Assembly (NCBI GenBank): GCA_965637545.1
Contig: OZ281497.1
Location: 26,102,001 to 26,166,000, forward strand
DNA from: Phallusia mammillata
Lineage: Eukaryota
Direction of reading: 5' to 3'
DNA: 64,000 bases
Of the stretch, positions 1 to 12,238 are shown one piece after another. Both the position numbers and the translations under genes were made by a program. A model generated the notes under the pieces. That model did not search any database. It was given only the letters and a program-made list of their open reading frames with translations, and was not told the origin of the DNA. Numbering within the stretch: the first letter of the stretch is position 1; the number at the start of each line of letters is the position of its first letter.

Positions 1-748
1 GAGGCATCGTAAAACGACTTGATTTACAGTGACAAGTCGCGTTATAAAGTGCTCTACTAAGTCACACACCAGCAAACAAAATGGTCGCGTAATAGTTAAG
101 ATATATGGAAGGACGCACAAAATTTATATTGGCCATGTACATGTCTGACATGATTATATAACATTCCAAAAACGAAACCATGGTGTTAGTTTTTTGTTAT
201 CGCTTTTTAATGTTTGTTTATTTTGTCTATGATCAACATTACGCAGTCACACATAAAAGAGCAAAGTACTGCCGTAGGATTTGACTTTTTCAGATCTGCC
301 ACCTGGGACGAGAACAGTCATCACCTTCTACTTCCACACCGTTCAACATCGGAGATCCCCGCCATCGATCCTACGAAACCTAAGAAGCAGAGGAGATAAG
401 CGACGGACACTTTTGAACCAACTTCCATCGCAACGAACTGTCCTCGGGACACCCGGGTCTGCCTACGGGAGCACAGGAAACGTTCCGAGGAACCGAGCTG
501 GTGTTTCCGTTTAGGCGGGTTTCATTTGGCCAGCAGAACCCGCGGGTTCAACCACCGTCTTATGCAACCCGCCAGGTTCGTGCGGTCGGTTGCGATCCTA
601 CGGCAGAACACACCCACAATACTTCAAGCATCATTCAAATGACGGGACACTTGTCTCGATAACCAATGGTTTTTTTCGGTGTCCTTGCTGTTTTTATTAA
701 ACTGTTCATCAATGACAATTGATTTAGTGACAATGCAAATAAAAATTT

Positions 749-768
749 GACTTGACTTGACTTGACTT
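749..768 (+). repeat. (GACTT)4 microsatellite preceded by AATAAA (LINE/SINE-tail-like)
   Basis: Directly visible; AATAAA at 738-743. Confidence 0.7.
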
Positions 769-1320
769 GGATGCCGACAGCGACTGCAGCGTGCATCCTC
801 TTGATTTATTTAACATTTGATTGTAATATGGCGAAAACTTTACTGACCCGTGAATCTGCGTTTAAAATGTAGGCCTACTTTAACAAAAAATAACATTTGT
901 AAATAGGAACTCACAAGTTTTTATCGATGTCAGAAAATGGATCCAAGTTATGAAATACCTTGCAATTTGAAAAAAAAAATATTTGTTATGCTGGTTCAAT
1001 TCTACCATCGTCAGAATTAAGAAGTATACAAATGACACACAACAAAAAACAGTCTGTTTAAGCATTGAATGTGATTTGACTGCAGGCTTGCGTACGTGAC
1101 TGATTTTACCTGTAACAGGAAAGGTTCTTGACCTCTGTTTAACAATGTTAGCATCGTTTCCCAAATTTGGCACGTAGTGCAAAGAGGCAATTTATTGAAG
1201 ACAATCGTAACATCACATTTGGTTGCCAACAGAAAATTTTAAGAGATCGGAACTAAAATACAAATTCGCTGCAAAATTATAAACACTTCGAATAAAGGTG
1301 AAAAGGTGAAGCTCCGACGA

Positions 1321-1690
1321 GACATGGTAAAACTACCCTGATTTAATGTCGTATGTTGTACTAAACCACTTTACACGTGATTTACCTGTTTTACGATGAA
1401 GGTTAACGATACACAAAAAGGTCGCACATTACCTACATTGATCGTGTGTCGGTCGACATGTTTAACCTTATGTGACCGATTGCAGCAATATTACGAGGAT
1501 TTTAAATAAAGGTAAAGTTTCGACGAGACATCGTAAACTAGTATGATTTAATGTCAAATGTCGCGTTGCGTTGAATGGTACGGTGTTGTACCAAACCACT
1601 TTACACGTGATTTACCTGTTTTACGATAAACGACAAACTAAGGTCGCACATTACATACATTGATCGTGAGGTGGTCGACATGTTTTAAAC
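1321..1690. repeat. Local tandem duplication of about 170-200 bp
   Basis: AAACCACTTTACACGTGATTTACCTGTTTTACGAT...AAGGTCGCACATTAC...GGTCGACATG occurs twice. Confidence 0.85.
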
Positions 1691-3325
1691 TTGCCATCGG
1701 AATGTTCCAAACTCTCTGATTAACGACCCACGGGATCTGATTTATTGTCACATATCAAGTTAAGTGCCCCACTAAATCAGTTCACACTCGATTCCAGAAC
1801 CAGACGGTGAAGTTTAACATCAAACAAAATGCTCGCGTAATAGTTACGACATACGGAAGGTCGCGCAAAATTGATGTGTATATGTCTGACATCACGTTAA
1901 TATGCAGTGGTCGACAAACTTTTATTGTCGCTACCCATTTTTTTAACAAACTGTGATGCATACACAGCTTTAAACCTTCAGCAACAAGCTAGGGCTAGAC
2001 GAAAAAATGATAGCTAGAGCACTAGCCTCAAAGTACATCAGACGTAAATCTAGTTTCACTTATTTCATATGTAACGCGTTCTAAATATTATGCTCATCAA
2101 CTGGATTTTGTTCAAAATATCTTAACAACTAGAACTAACAAAGGCGTTTGTGCCAACCAAATCAGTACTCAATTTAATACACAATAATCAGTTACTCAAA
2201 AAACAAACAAACAATTATTCTTGTTCTACGCAGCGCCTCTTTCGACACGTATTTAAACTGATTACCACCATAAAGCTGACTATACCTGCTTATATTTACA
2301 CGTGGCGTAGTGTATTCCATTACAAGCGAATCCCTCACATGTAATGAACCTGTGCATAAAAACGTTGGCCTACTTAAAAAACACATTTTGTTATAGATGT
2401 ACGAAAACGCTTACGAGGTATGAAATACACTTTGTTACAAACTGCACGGCTACGGTATGCCTTTATCAAGTCAACAACAGCAAGCTAACTCTCATACCAT
2501 AAACAAAGTAATTTAGAAAACGGTTATTGTTAAGAATACCTCAGACGCCATTTTGACAAGAAAACAATATTCTGTCATAAATTATGCCTTTGAATAAACA
2601 GTAAACCTGATAGCAAATTTTAATGACTTGTGACCTGCTAAACTACAGAAAATAATCACAGTTACACCTTGTGCAACACACTCCAAGATAATGCATCTGT
2701 TACAATTGATTAACAGTTGGTTCTAAAAAGAAACAGTATTCACGTTCAAACCTTTAAAAAAAACTTTGTTATTGTAACAAAAAATAAAAAACATTGAGGC
2801 TGTTATGCTGAATTTCGACTTGAAAGAACAAAACTTGCTTTTCTGATTAAGTTTTGATCAAAACGACTGTAATAACGAGACACGGCGCTGATGGGTGCTG
2901 ATAAAACCACTCGAGTTAGTTTGTGACGCAAAAGCAATCGTCAGCAAGCAAGACAAAATATGCAAAATTTTAAAACACAAAATCTGGAACCTTTACCTTT
3001 AAAGTAAGTTACGACTGAAGGTTACCCGGAAGTGGCGCAATATTACTCTTAGTGTCCCAGGTGCGCCGTGATTCGTGAGTCGTTCATGATTTCACACAAA
3101 TCGCAAAATCGCGACATCAAGTGTATGATGTCTAAGCTTCCTTTTCAACATCTTGTGGCAGATATATATAATTTTAACGACAAAACTATGGTGTTGTGAT
3201 CGATTCTAAACAAAATTCGCATTTGAATAACAACAAAAACGTGTTTTGAAGAAAACAATTCACACAATTTCCACACAAAGTCTATAACAATAAGTGTAAC
3301 GCTGTATTGATCAAATTAAACTGCC

Positions 3326-3420
3326 CTTTAGTCCCACCAAGTGGTAAAACTTGAATGCAAATGAGGTCACAACTGGTGATAGGCGTTGAGGCGTCGTACG
3401 CTTCACGAAGTACGCTGACG
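3326..3420. promoter_or_regulatory. Conserved non-coding element with octamer ATGCAAAT and TGAGGTCA (copies at about 24215-24305, 41915-42010, 61058-61150)
   Basis: The 25-mer AAAACTTGAATGCAAATGAGGTCAC is invariant in four copies, one per array unit. The regulatory function is inferred. Confidence 0.5.
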
Positions 3421-4468
3421 CAAAATAGCATTCAAGCGTGTCGGCAACGCTACTAATCACGGGTGGTTTTGGTTGTGTTCTCTTGCGGTGTACATTTAGC
3501 AAAATACATAATTTACACAAAAAACAATCCAAGTCTAACGTGGGACATTTGATTATTTCAAAACGTTTTCAAAAATTAAAAATGCATGTGATTGATATAC
3601 GACACATCGCTAAAAAGGTGTGGGGTAAAGCAGAGAAGACACAGCGACTTTACATCTACTATCTTTACCTGCACGAAAATAGCGCTTTTTCCACTGACAG
3701 TCTGCAGTTCAAATACAATATATATGTCGTCAAACTTTATCGTTACAGAGCTGATTCGAAAATGGTGTTTTATCAACAATAAGCGACAGAATGCTTACAA
3801 GTTCTTACATGTGAATCACCCCAACACCTCTGCCCGTTGTTCCAATACACACATACCAAGCGCAATTTTTTTTAGGTGATGTGGACAGCTGATTTTCTTT
3901 AATTACATATTTTATACACATTACATAAGTTGATGTTTCAAGAGACATACGATGTATTAAATTTGTTTTGTTTCTCTCGAGTGCCACCCTGCAGTAGCGA
4001 AAGTTTAGGTTCTTGCGATAATTGAAGCCTTGAAGGTGTACTTGACCATGGATTTCGTGAAGATGCAATCTTTTGTAGGAAGTTGAAATTAAAAAAAAAT
4101 GTCACATGTTGACCTGGCCTGGGTTATTGTACTCTCGTTTTGTTACACACTTCAATCAATAATACGCGAAACACGTCTCCAACCAGTAACGAAAACCTTC
4201 GTCAGTTTTTATGCGGCCGAATTGTGACCAAGCGACAGTAAACAAAGACAAAATCTACTACTAACAACGAAAGTCATTTAATAAACCAACTTTGTAAACG
4301 AGTTTTGTGTTGTTGTAGTCAACGAAAAAATATATTTATTTTAGTACAAAAACTTAAACGCTTAATGCGTATCCTTTATGAAACTAAAGTATTCTGACTC
4401 AAAAATCACGCAAAAAGATAAACTAAATGTTCCTATAATTGTTTATGGGCATAAATAAAAATTCTTAC

Positions 4469-4616
4469 AGGTTTTTCTAGTTTTGGCAAAAAGTTGCACA
4501 GTTGTCTCACTCCTTGGTTTCCGACCGCACATCCATGTAGCTCAAGCGTTTCAATATTGTGAAGGCAGCGAGCCAATGATACTGCACCAAGATCATCGAT
4601 GGTCGAGGCTCTTACG
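4469..4616 (-). pseudogene. Orphan, frameshifted LRR exon (paralog of LRR exon 3 of NLR-B/C)
   Basis: Reads DDLGAVSLARCLHNIETLELHGCAVGNQGVRQLCNFLPKLEKP|gtaag. The acceptor CAG has been mutated to TGG and there is a 14-nt deletion relative to the 162-nt exon. Flanking intron sequence matches 29.3-29.8 kb and 48.9-49.0 kb. Confidence 0.85.
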
Positions 4617-5495
4617 CCAATGTTACAAAATATCATATGTTAATTCGTGTCAAAGCAAACATGAGAAATCAACAACGCGACGTTTGTAAGGTTAATTCAG
4701 GTCATTTTATAATATATTTCTGTAAATACGGACTTTTTCCCGATTTGTAAAGTTTCTTGCTTTTGCATTTGTGCAGCGCTTGTAAGCTTACCCGAATTGT
4801 AAGGCAAGTATTAGAAATGATGACATAGTATAGCATCACATTAACGCTTGCGTTCTTACATTTTTGTTGCAAAATTGCATCTATTGAGATTCTTAGTCAT
4901 GTTTCTGAAAGCAAAAGCAGATACAAAAGCTCATCCCTGATTGAATTTAGTGAAAATAATGAAATTTGCACAGGCACTTCACACTGAGCCTGACTTCAAA
5001 TCAAGTAAGTAATTGGCCAAAAACGCCACTCCAGTATTGCTCAAAATGCGTTTGCAGCCGTTGTGATTATTTGCATGTTGGTCGCTTGTTGCATTTAGGT
5101 TGATGCAATCGGGTGATATCGTGTAAATAAATTGGCTTTTTAGCGACATGTGTTAAGGTTAGTCGTGAAATAAAATGAAGTGACTTTGTGACATTGTATA
5201 AAAAATGTGTCATTATTTTTGATTTTTCTAAACTCATGTAGCAATAACACATACTCTTTAAGTCCCACAACAGCAGTCACAGTCACAACGTCTAAAGTAT
5301 TTATTTACATAATCATCAGTCTCAAGCGAAGATACAAGCGAAAATTTGGGCTACATATAAAAAGCAATTCATTGTTACAAATTAGGTCGCACACTGTTTC
5401 AAATTATCAAAAAATTCATGTAATGAATACTACAAGGCTATACGACTATATTATGATAGTCAGCAAAAGCCGTAATGTACATTCATTTTTAGCAA

Positions 5496-7587
5496 TCAGT
5501 TTGGTTTTACAGACGACATTGTGTCGTTGATGCCTCCCCAAGCTTCCCAGGTCGAATAATTTCCTGGTTTTAAATTGCAGCTGTGTCCGGCATAATTTGC
5601 GTCTCCAAAGACAGTCCAACTATGTAACATACAAACAAAAATGCTGTAAATCAACTGGTAATTACAACTTCAGAAATGCATTTTTCTTACTTTCCCGAGT
5701 GCACTACAATCGAAGATACGATGTCGTTGAAACCAAGATTGCCAAGAAAGTTGCATTCAGAATCTAATTCCACTCTCTTTCCTTGGAAGTTAGCATCCTC
5801 ATATAGTGTAATCTAATAGTCAAAAAAGCAAACAAGACGTTTATAAATACGTAAAACTTTCCAAACACTATGAACAGCAATTGGTCAGTTCATCTTCATT
5901 CTTAACGTACGATTACAATAGACAAACAGGAAAATGCATGTTTTTTTATGATTCTTCTTTCAAACTCATACGCATCCTTTTGTAAGCGCTGTGAATTCTA
6001 TTTTATATTTTGGTTCCCACGCCGCAGTTGCTAAAAAGTTACAGTGTTTGTAAGAAGTAGATATTTTGAAATACAACCCAGAAAAAAATTAAACTTAAGC
6101 AAATCGTTTATATTGTCGTGTTTACGAGACTCTTACATATACATATATTTGCAAGCATATTTTTCTGTAAGATTATAAATAAATTGCCCCTAACGTAAGA
6201 ATCACCAACACGAATATCTTTTATCATTTTAATTTTATTTGGTCTCATATTTGTAGCATTGCGCCTTTTTCGACATACCTACCAAGTTTCACAATTTCAA
6301 GACAAATTTATTTACTTACCGAGGGACAAAGTCTTACAGACGACATGGTGTCGTTACTGCCACCCCAGGCTTGCCAATTTGGGTAACTTCCTGGTTTCAA
6401 ACTGCTGCTTCGACCGGTAAAGTTTGCATCTTCAAAGACTGTCCAACTGTATAATATACAAACTTACAATTTAATATTTGCACTTTCAAGTTGAAATGCT
6501 GGAATCGTTTCCGCAATAAAATGGTCCCACCCAGCATTTCTGATGGACTTCATTAGCCACAGGCCATAATGTCTACAGAATTCATTTGATGTCTATACAT
6601 CACATCATATGTTATTGACAATGAGTTAAGATGGACGATTTGACTCGGTAAAACTTTGAGTTAACTCCACCGCCGTTGTTTCTAATTGATTTGTAGCTGG
6701 AGGTAAATATTTTTTTCTTGTTAATCCAGGATTTTTAAACTCAGTTGCATGTTTGCGTTTTGAGTTCTATGGCCAATTCTCGTTCTCTTACAGTCTTTAC
6801 AAAGTCTACTTACTTTCCAGAATTTACTTTGATCGACGATACGGTGTCGTTAAACCCAAAATTTCCCAGAAACTCACATGCTGTGTTAAGTTTTACCGAT
6901 CTCCCTTCAAAATTCACATTTTCGTAAAGAACAATCTGAAAATAAATGTTAAATCTTTTGCACTACTTTTTGGTATGGTTTGGTATTTACTACAATTTGA
7001 AGTCGATCTACTTTTATAAGTCGCAAACCTACTACGAAAATTTGTATATAGAACTGTATTTTTCATTATTATTTTTAAATTGTGTTTCCATACCGCTTCA
7101 CGTGGCCGGACTGACGATATGGTGTCGTTGGTGCCACCCCAAGCCTGCCATTGCGAGTAGTCTCCAGGTGCGAGATTGTAGGATTTGCCTTCATAGTTTG
7201 CGTCTTCGAAGACTATCCAACTGATGGTAAAATAAGTTGCAAACACATTTGATTTGCTAGTGTTTCAGCTTTAGCTTCTCTCTAGAAGAATATCTTACTT
7301 TCCTGATTCCACTTTGATGGACGACACTATGTCGTTGAAACCATAGTTGCCGATGAATTCGCATTCCGAAGTGAGATTTGCTGCCATTCCTTCATAGTTA
7401 GCGTGCTCGTAAAGTGTGATCTTAAAAAATCATGTTCTGTAAGATAATATTTGTAGGTACCAACAGCTTTAGCAAAACAACATCTTATCGTGTCCAATTA
7501 AAATTACGAAAAAATGCCCAAATAGGTCACCAAACCTTTTTCTCTTTCCTCAGAACAATATTTATAATTCCGTCTCACCTTAGCCAT
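5496..7587 (-). CDS. Three-domain (six Greek key) beta/gamma-crystallin, 250 aa; exons complement(7579-7587, 7299-7420, 7094-7220, 6814-6935, 6320-6446, 5691-5812, 5496-5619)
   Basis: All introns are GT..AG and the exons sum to 753 nt with an unbroken frame. Protein starts MAK|ITLYEHANYEGMAANLTSECEFIGNYGFNDIVSSIKVESGN|WIVFEDANYEGKSYNLAPGDYSQWQAWGGTNDTISSVRPREA, followed by two more homologous domains. Each has the F/Y-x-x-x-x-Y/F-x-G ... S Greek-key signature and closely resembles Ciona betagamma-crystallin (GFNDIVSSI.VESG.W.VF, WGG..D..SSV). Confidence 0.93.
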
Positions 7588-10500
7588 GATTTAGTTGCTG
7601 TAGTCTATGAGCTATAGTTGATGTTATTAAGGAAAGTGAAATTCAGTGTGTGTTTACGCTACCTACACAAAAAATATGTAAATATTATTACGATTTTGGA
7701 TATTATACTGAAATTTTGATCACTTTCTGTTTTTGGTCAGCGTTTTTGCTTCCCCGCGGGTTTCCACAAACATTTATAGCAGTCCAATATTTACACGAAT
7801 ACGATAAGTATCACAAATTTGGACAAATAGCCTTATAACTCTCATTATACTCCACAAAACGTCACTACGAAAATATCTTTGCTTAAACAGGAAAACTACT
7901 CAGTATTCTTGCAATCACACAATAACAGAAGTAACATAATCAACAACCCCAAAATAATAAGACTCTAAATCTTTTGTTCGCAAGCATGTTTGCTTGTACA
8001 TTTACAACATTACAAAGCACAAACTAATCAGGTTTGAAGCAAAGAAACATATTCTAAACTAAAAGAAACTGCACTTCAGTTTGTTTTTTTGAGGTTGCAG
8101 TTGTAAACCGAAGCACTCTAAAATTGACTCTGGTTTGAAGCAATTCTTATGACCGTTTTTATAAAATTTTGGACCTGACATAAGGTAAGTGAAAAACATT
8201 GAATAACAACAAAACAAATGACCCAGAATCACAACGTTTCCTTGAATTTGAGGGGAGAAAAAAAATTGTTAGGTTGTTTTGTGTGGTGTAAAGCGCTTGT
8301 TGGAGTGCAATAGGAGGTGTGAGTATAGATCAGTGTCCACTTCTTTGTCAACGCGTCATAACATTAAAGCTGCAAAAATGATTCGCTGAGTTGCTGTTGT
8401 ACTATTCTGATTCAAAAAACATTTTTGTTCCGGCGTAAGCAGGTTGTGCTCCAATGAATCATTTTACAAACAGAGAATGGAGAAAAGACGAGCGCTAAAA
8501 ACTTACAGAAGTGTAGCAAACACACAAAGCAAACAATTCTATTTCTCATGGTCCGACAAACATGTGCACAAGCGCAACAGGGCGTGTTCGAAATAGCTCA
8601 GAATTCTAGGCTGAATTTACTACAATTTTAACGCCAGGGGCAACCTTTTTGTACAAAGCGCAACATGGACAATTTTTGTTTTCTCATTTAGTACTTAATA
8701 GTTTTGTCGACTTCTTTTTTTATTACTTTACAAATTCTGTTCATGTCCACGAGAAAAGGTATTACTTATCCCAAAGATCCAATTGGCACTCTAAAGCAAC
8801 GAGGTGTGGTGTATATAATACCCTGTAAAGAATGTCTGCTAGTTTAAGTCTGTGAAACAAGAAAATCACATAAGACCCGTCGAAAAAACCTCAACATGAT
8901 GTTACCAACAGCGATGCGAAGAAATCTCCACTGGCCAATCACACAATACCACTAGGCAGCACAATAGATTTTGATACTGCGTTTGTGGCAGTTCGGAAAT
9001 CGAACTCTAGAAAAATATTATTTCTAGAGTGAGGAAACCTTCACCAATCGTGCGACACCATAAACATTAAAATAGATGTTGTAACCTATGCGACAAATAA
9101 TCACATTTTTTTCATTTTTAAACAATTGTCAAATCAGAGTAATTGTCGCGCAAACCTAGCTACAAGTCTGAGCGGCACAAATAACATTCGGATCGAAAGA
9201 GAGTATACGTCTGTTCCTTTACACTTTACAATTGCACACAATAAGCAATCAAAGGCAATTCAAGTTTTTGTCCCATATTTTATTGAGCACATGTTTGATT
9301 TCAGCTTGGGTTGAAAGTTTCCGACCCTGATATACGATGTCACCGCGACCGTTTTCGATATGTCGCCACCCCTCGTCGCCTAAAAAAAGCGCATTACAGA
9401 TCGTATTTCTTTCCTTAGAACTGGTAAACATTAATTTGGGGACAAAGGGGTAAAAACTAGGTGAATCAAACTAAAAGTTACTAAATTCTTTAAAATACTT
9501 TACAATGCAGGAGTCAAGAAAACATGAAACTCCCAGATTATGCGTTTAGAATAGTATACAGGTGTTGTTTTAGTGTCACATTTTTAGCCTGTGGGTAAAC
9601 CGCTGGGTCATCCGCGATGAAGCTTTGCAAGATCAATATTGGACAACTAACTAACTGACATGTATGTAACATTAAAAGAATTTGAAACACTTTTTATTTT
9701 CCAAACGAGTGGAACAAACCCGCATGAGACACAAAAATTGGCAAAGAATAAAAAAGATTTTACATGCGTCCCCCTCAAGAAAATGAAGACATAAGTTATA
9801 TAACTAAACACGTTAATTAAGATTTACTTGTTAAGATTTTAACATTCTAAAACCAGAATCGAAACTAGGTTTGGTGTAAATTAGTGCAATTTGTTTTAGC
9901 GATTCCAAAGATGGACCAATAAAAACAATTTTAGTTGTGTGCCATAAAGTACGAACGAAACCTTTGATTGTCTTAATTAGATGGAAGTTTCGTATTATGG
10001 CGACAAAACTAAACAAAAAAGTTTTTTATATTTCACGCACGTGCCCTTGAAAAGAAGCTAAACCCACCAGTTCCCTAAAACAGAATTGGCGTTCACACAT
10101 AGTATTTTTTTGAATATATATATTTCGATAAAATGTGCCATAATATGCGTTATTCGGTACCATCGACTACGAAAGTATCATTCACATATTTATCATTAAA
10201 CAACGTGGTGGTACATACTAATGACAAGTTCCACAATCGACACAGTTGATGTTTGTTAACACAAACTGTTGAGTAACGAAGCTGTTTAAATATTCCAGTT
10301 GACAGGTCGCGGGCGTGACTGATTTTAGCTTTCAGAGAAAAGGTTCCTGCCCCTTATTTGATTCGTTTTTCCAAATTTGGCAAATATTGAGGACGCAAGT
10401 AGCCCATAGAGGCAATTTATTGAGAGCAAACCATTGTAATTTTACATCACAATTATATCAAATTACAATAACACTTAAAGGTTGTGGTTAAGTTGTTTGT

Positions 10501-11461
10501 CCGACGCTTTATTACTGTCATGTTTTTCGGTTTGATTTACCACGCCTACACTTGCACTTTCCCACTCAACGACGAAAATATTTGCAAAACAGCTGGTCTT
10601 TTGTTTTGGTTTATTGTCAAACTTCGCTGTGTTGAACTTTTACATACTTTAACGACAAACGAAACGGATCCCTCATTGCCTTTTTCGTGTGTGATCCCCA
10701 CATCGCTGTATTAATTTCATCTTAAGTTTGCTCATGAAAGGTTCCAAAAACCTTTGATTAACGACGCCCAGATCCACTTCATATACTTTGTTTGGCGCAA
10801 ATATTTACGAAGCACTGAGACTTTTTTTGGTTTAATGGGACCCCGCAATACAACCTAATTAACAGTCGCTGTCGCGTTTTAAAGTGTTCCAGCAAATCAA
10901 ATGCTGGCAAACAAAATGGTCGCGTATTAGTTACGACATACGGAAGGTCGCACATAATCTATTTTGTCCATGAGTCTGATATCAAGTCAATGTAACATTC
11001 CAAGTAAATAAATGATACATGTCAAAATAGCAAATTGTAAATAGACAAAAGCCGCATCGTGTTTCCTGGGGATTGAACTGGGAGAGTTAAATTTTAGAGC
11101 CCGTTTCCCAAGCATTTCCATGAGACAAACTTTTCTAAACAATGTGCGTGTACAGTTAAACAATAAATTCTATTTGATACCTTTCAAGATGGCCTAACAA
11201 TCAACAATTGAAGAAGGCTACAAATGACTAAGGGAAAGATTTGTAAATTTATAGGCCATTTAGTAGTATACCTGTTCTCAACCGCTTTTTGTTTGCGAAG
11301 TCGCCTCGCTTGTTTCTCAAATACCGTACCTAACCGTCGCCAAACAATAAAGTGACAGCAGAAAACCACTTTAGCAACAGCGGAACGTTTTTGTAACCCC
11401 GTTGTTTCATGCCAAAATTTTTGGCCCGACATGGACCATATTCCACGTCAAAACTTTAGAT

Positions 11462-12238
11462 CAGTGGTCCTCAACCATTTTAGCGAAATCACCCCCTTTT
11501 TAAAGGCACTGGTTCAAAATCGCCCCGCATGAGACTGTTGTTTTATAAAAAAGTTCTTGCCTCTTCTCCGCATTTGTGGCCAATTAGATTCATCCAGCAA
11601 CACGGAAGCGTCAGTTAACAATTAAACCCAATTTAATAGCTACAACAACACACAGGATTAAATTCACGTAGTTCTAACGCATCTAAGCAAACTTTATGAC
11701 GTCATAGATATGATGATATTACAATTAAGCGCAAACAATCGCCTTATTTTGTTACTTTCGTTGAAAACAATAAGGAATTACTCGGTAGAGGAGAACCATA
11801 TACATTCCACATCAACTTACACTAGATTTACTAAATTAATCGATACAAATACCTCACAGTTGGAAAGCGCTAAGTGGCCTACAGGAGGCGTGAAAGCGGA
11901 ACAAATTTGGGGGAAAGCTGGTTACCGTTATATTTCAAAGGTACGGCAGGACACCATACATAGCATTAACAAAGTGTCCCCTGTGGCAAAACAAATGCAC
12001 AATCATGCGCTCGAGATCTCAAAAAAACGAATTGCCAAACACAATGTATTGAAATAGGCCCATGCGCCCCATTTGCTAGTGTTTGTTTGAAAGACAGATA
12101 AATTTTGCTTTTAGTTAAGTTAGTCTCACAGTTCTTGTATATACTTATACGATCAGTAATTTTAAAATTGCCCCCTTGGAAGAAAAATTGCCCCTAAATT
12201 CCAAAAAATGTCAAAATCGTCCCAATTGAAAAACCCTG
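11462..12238. mobile_element. hAT-type MITE
   Basis: Imperfect TIRs (CAGTGGTCCTCAAC / revcomp CAGGGTTTTTCAAT) and a perfect 8-bp TSD CTTTAGAT. Confidence 0.8.

Noticed and set aside
3385-3420. Hairpin (GCGTC...GACGC) suggesting the conserved element is a structured ncRNA
   Set aside because: The pairing is not preserved in the other three copies.
3805-4068. Terminal exon for the orphan LRR exon
   Set aside because: No similarity to the terminal LRR exons of B/C in any frame.
7770-7780. TATAAA about 190 bp upstream of the crystallin ATG as a TATA box
   Set aside because: A common hexamer in AT-rich DNA, with no TSS evidence.
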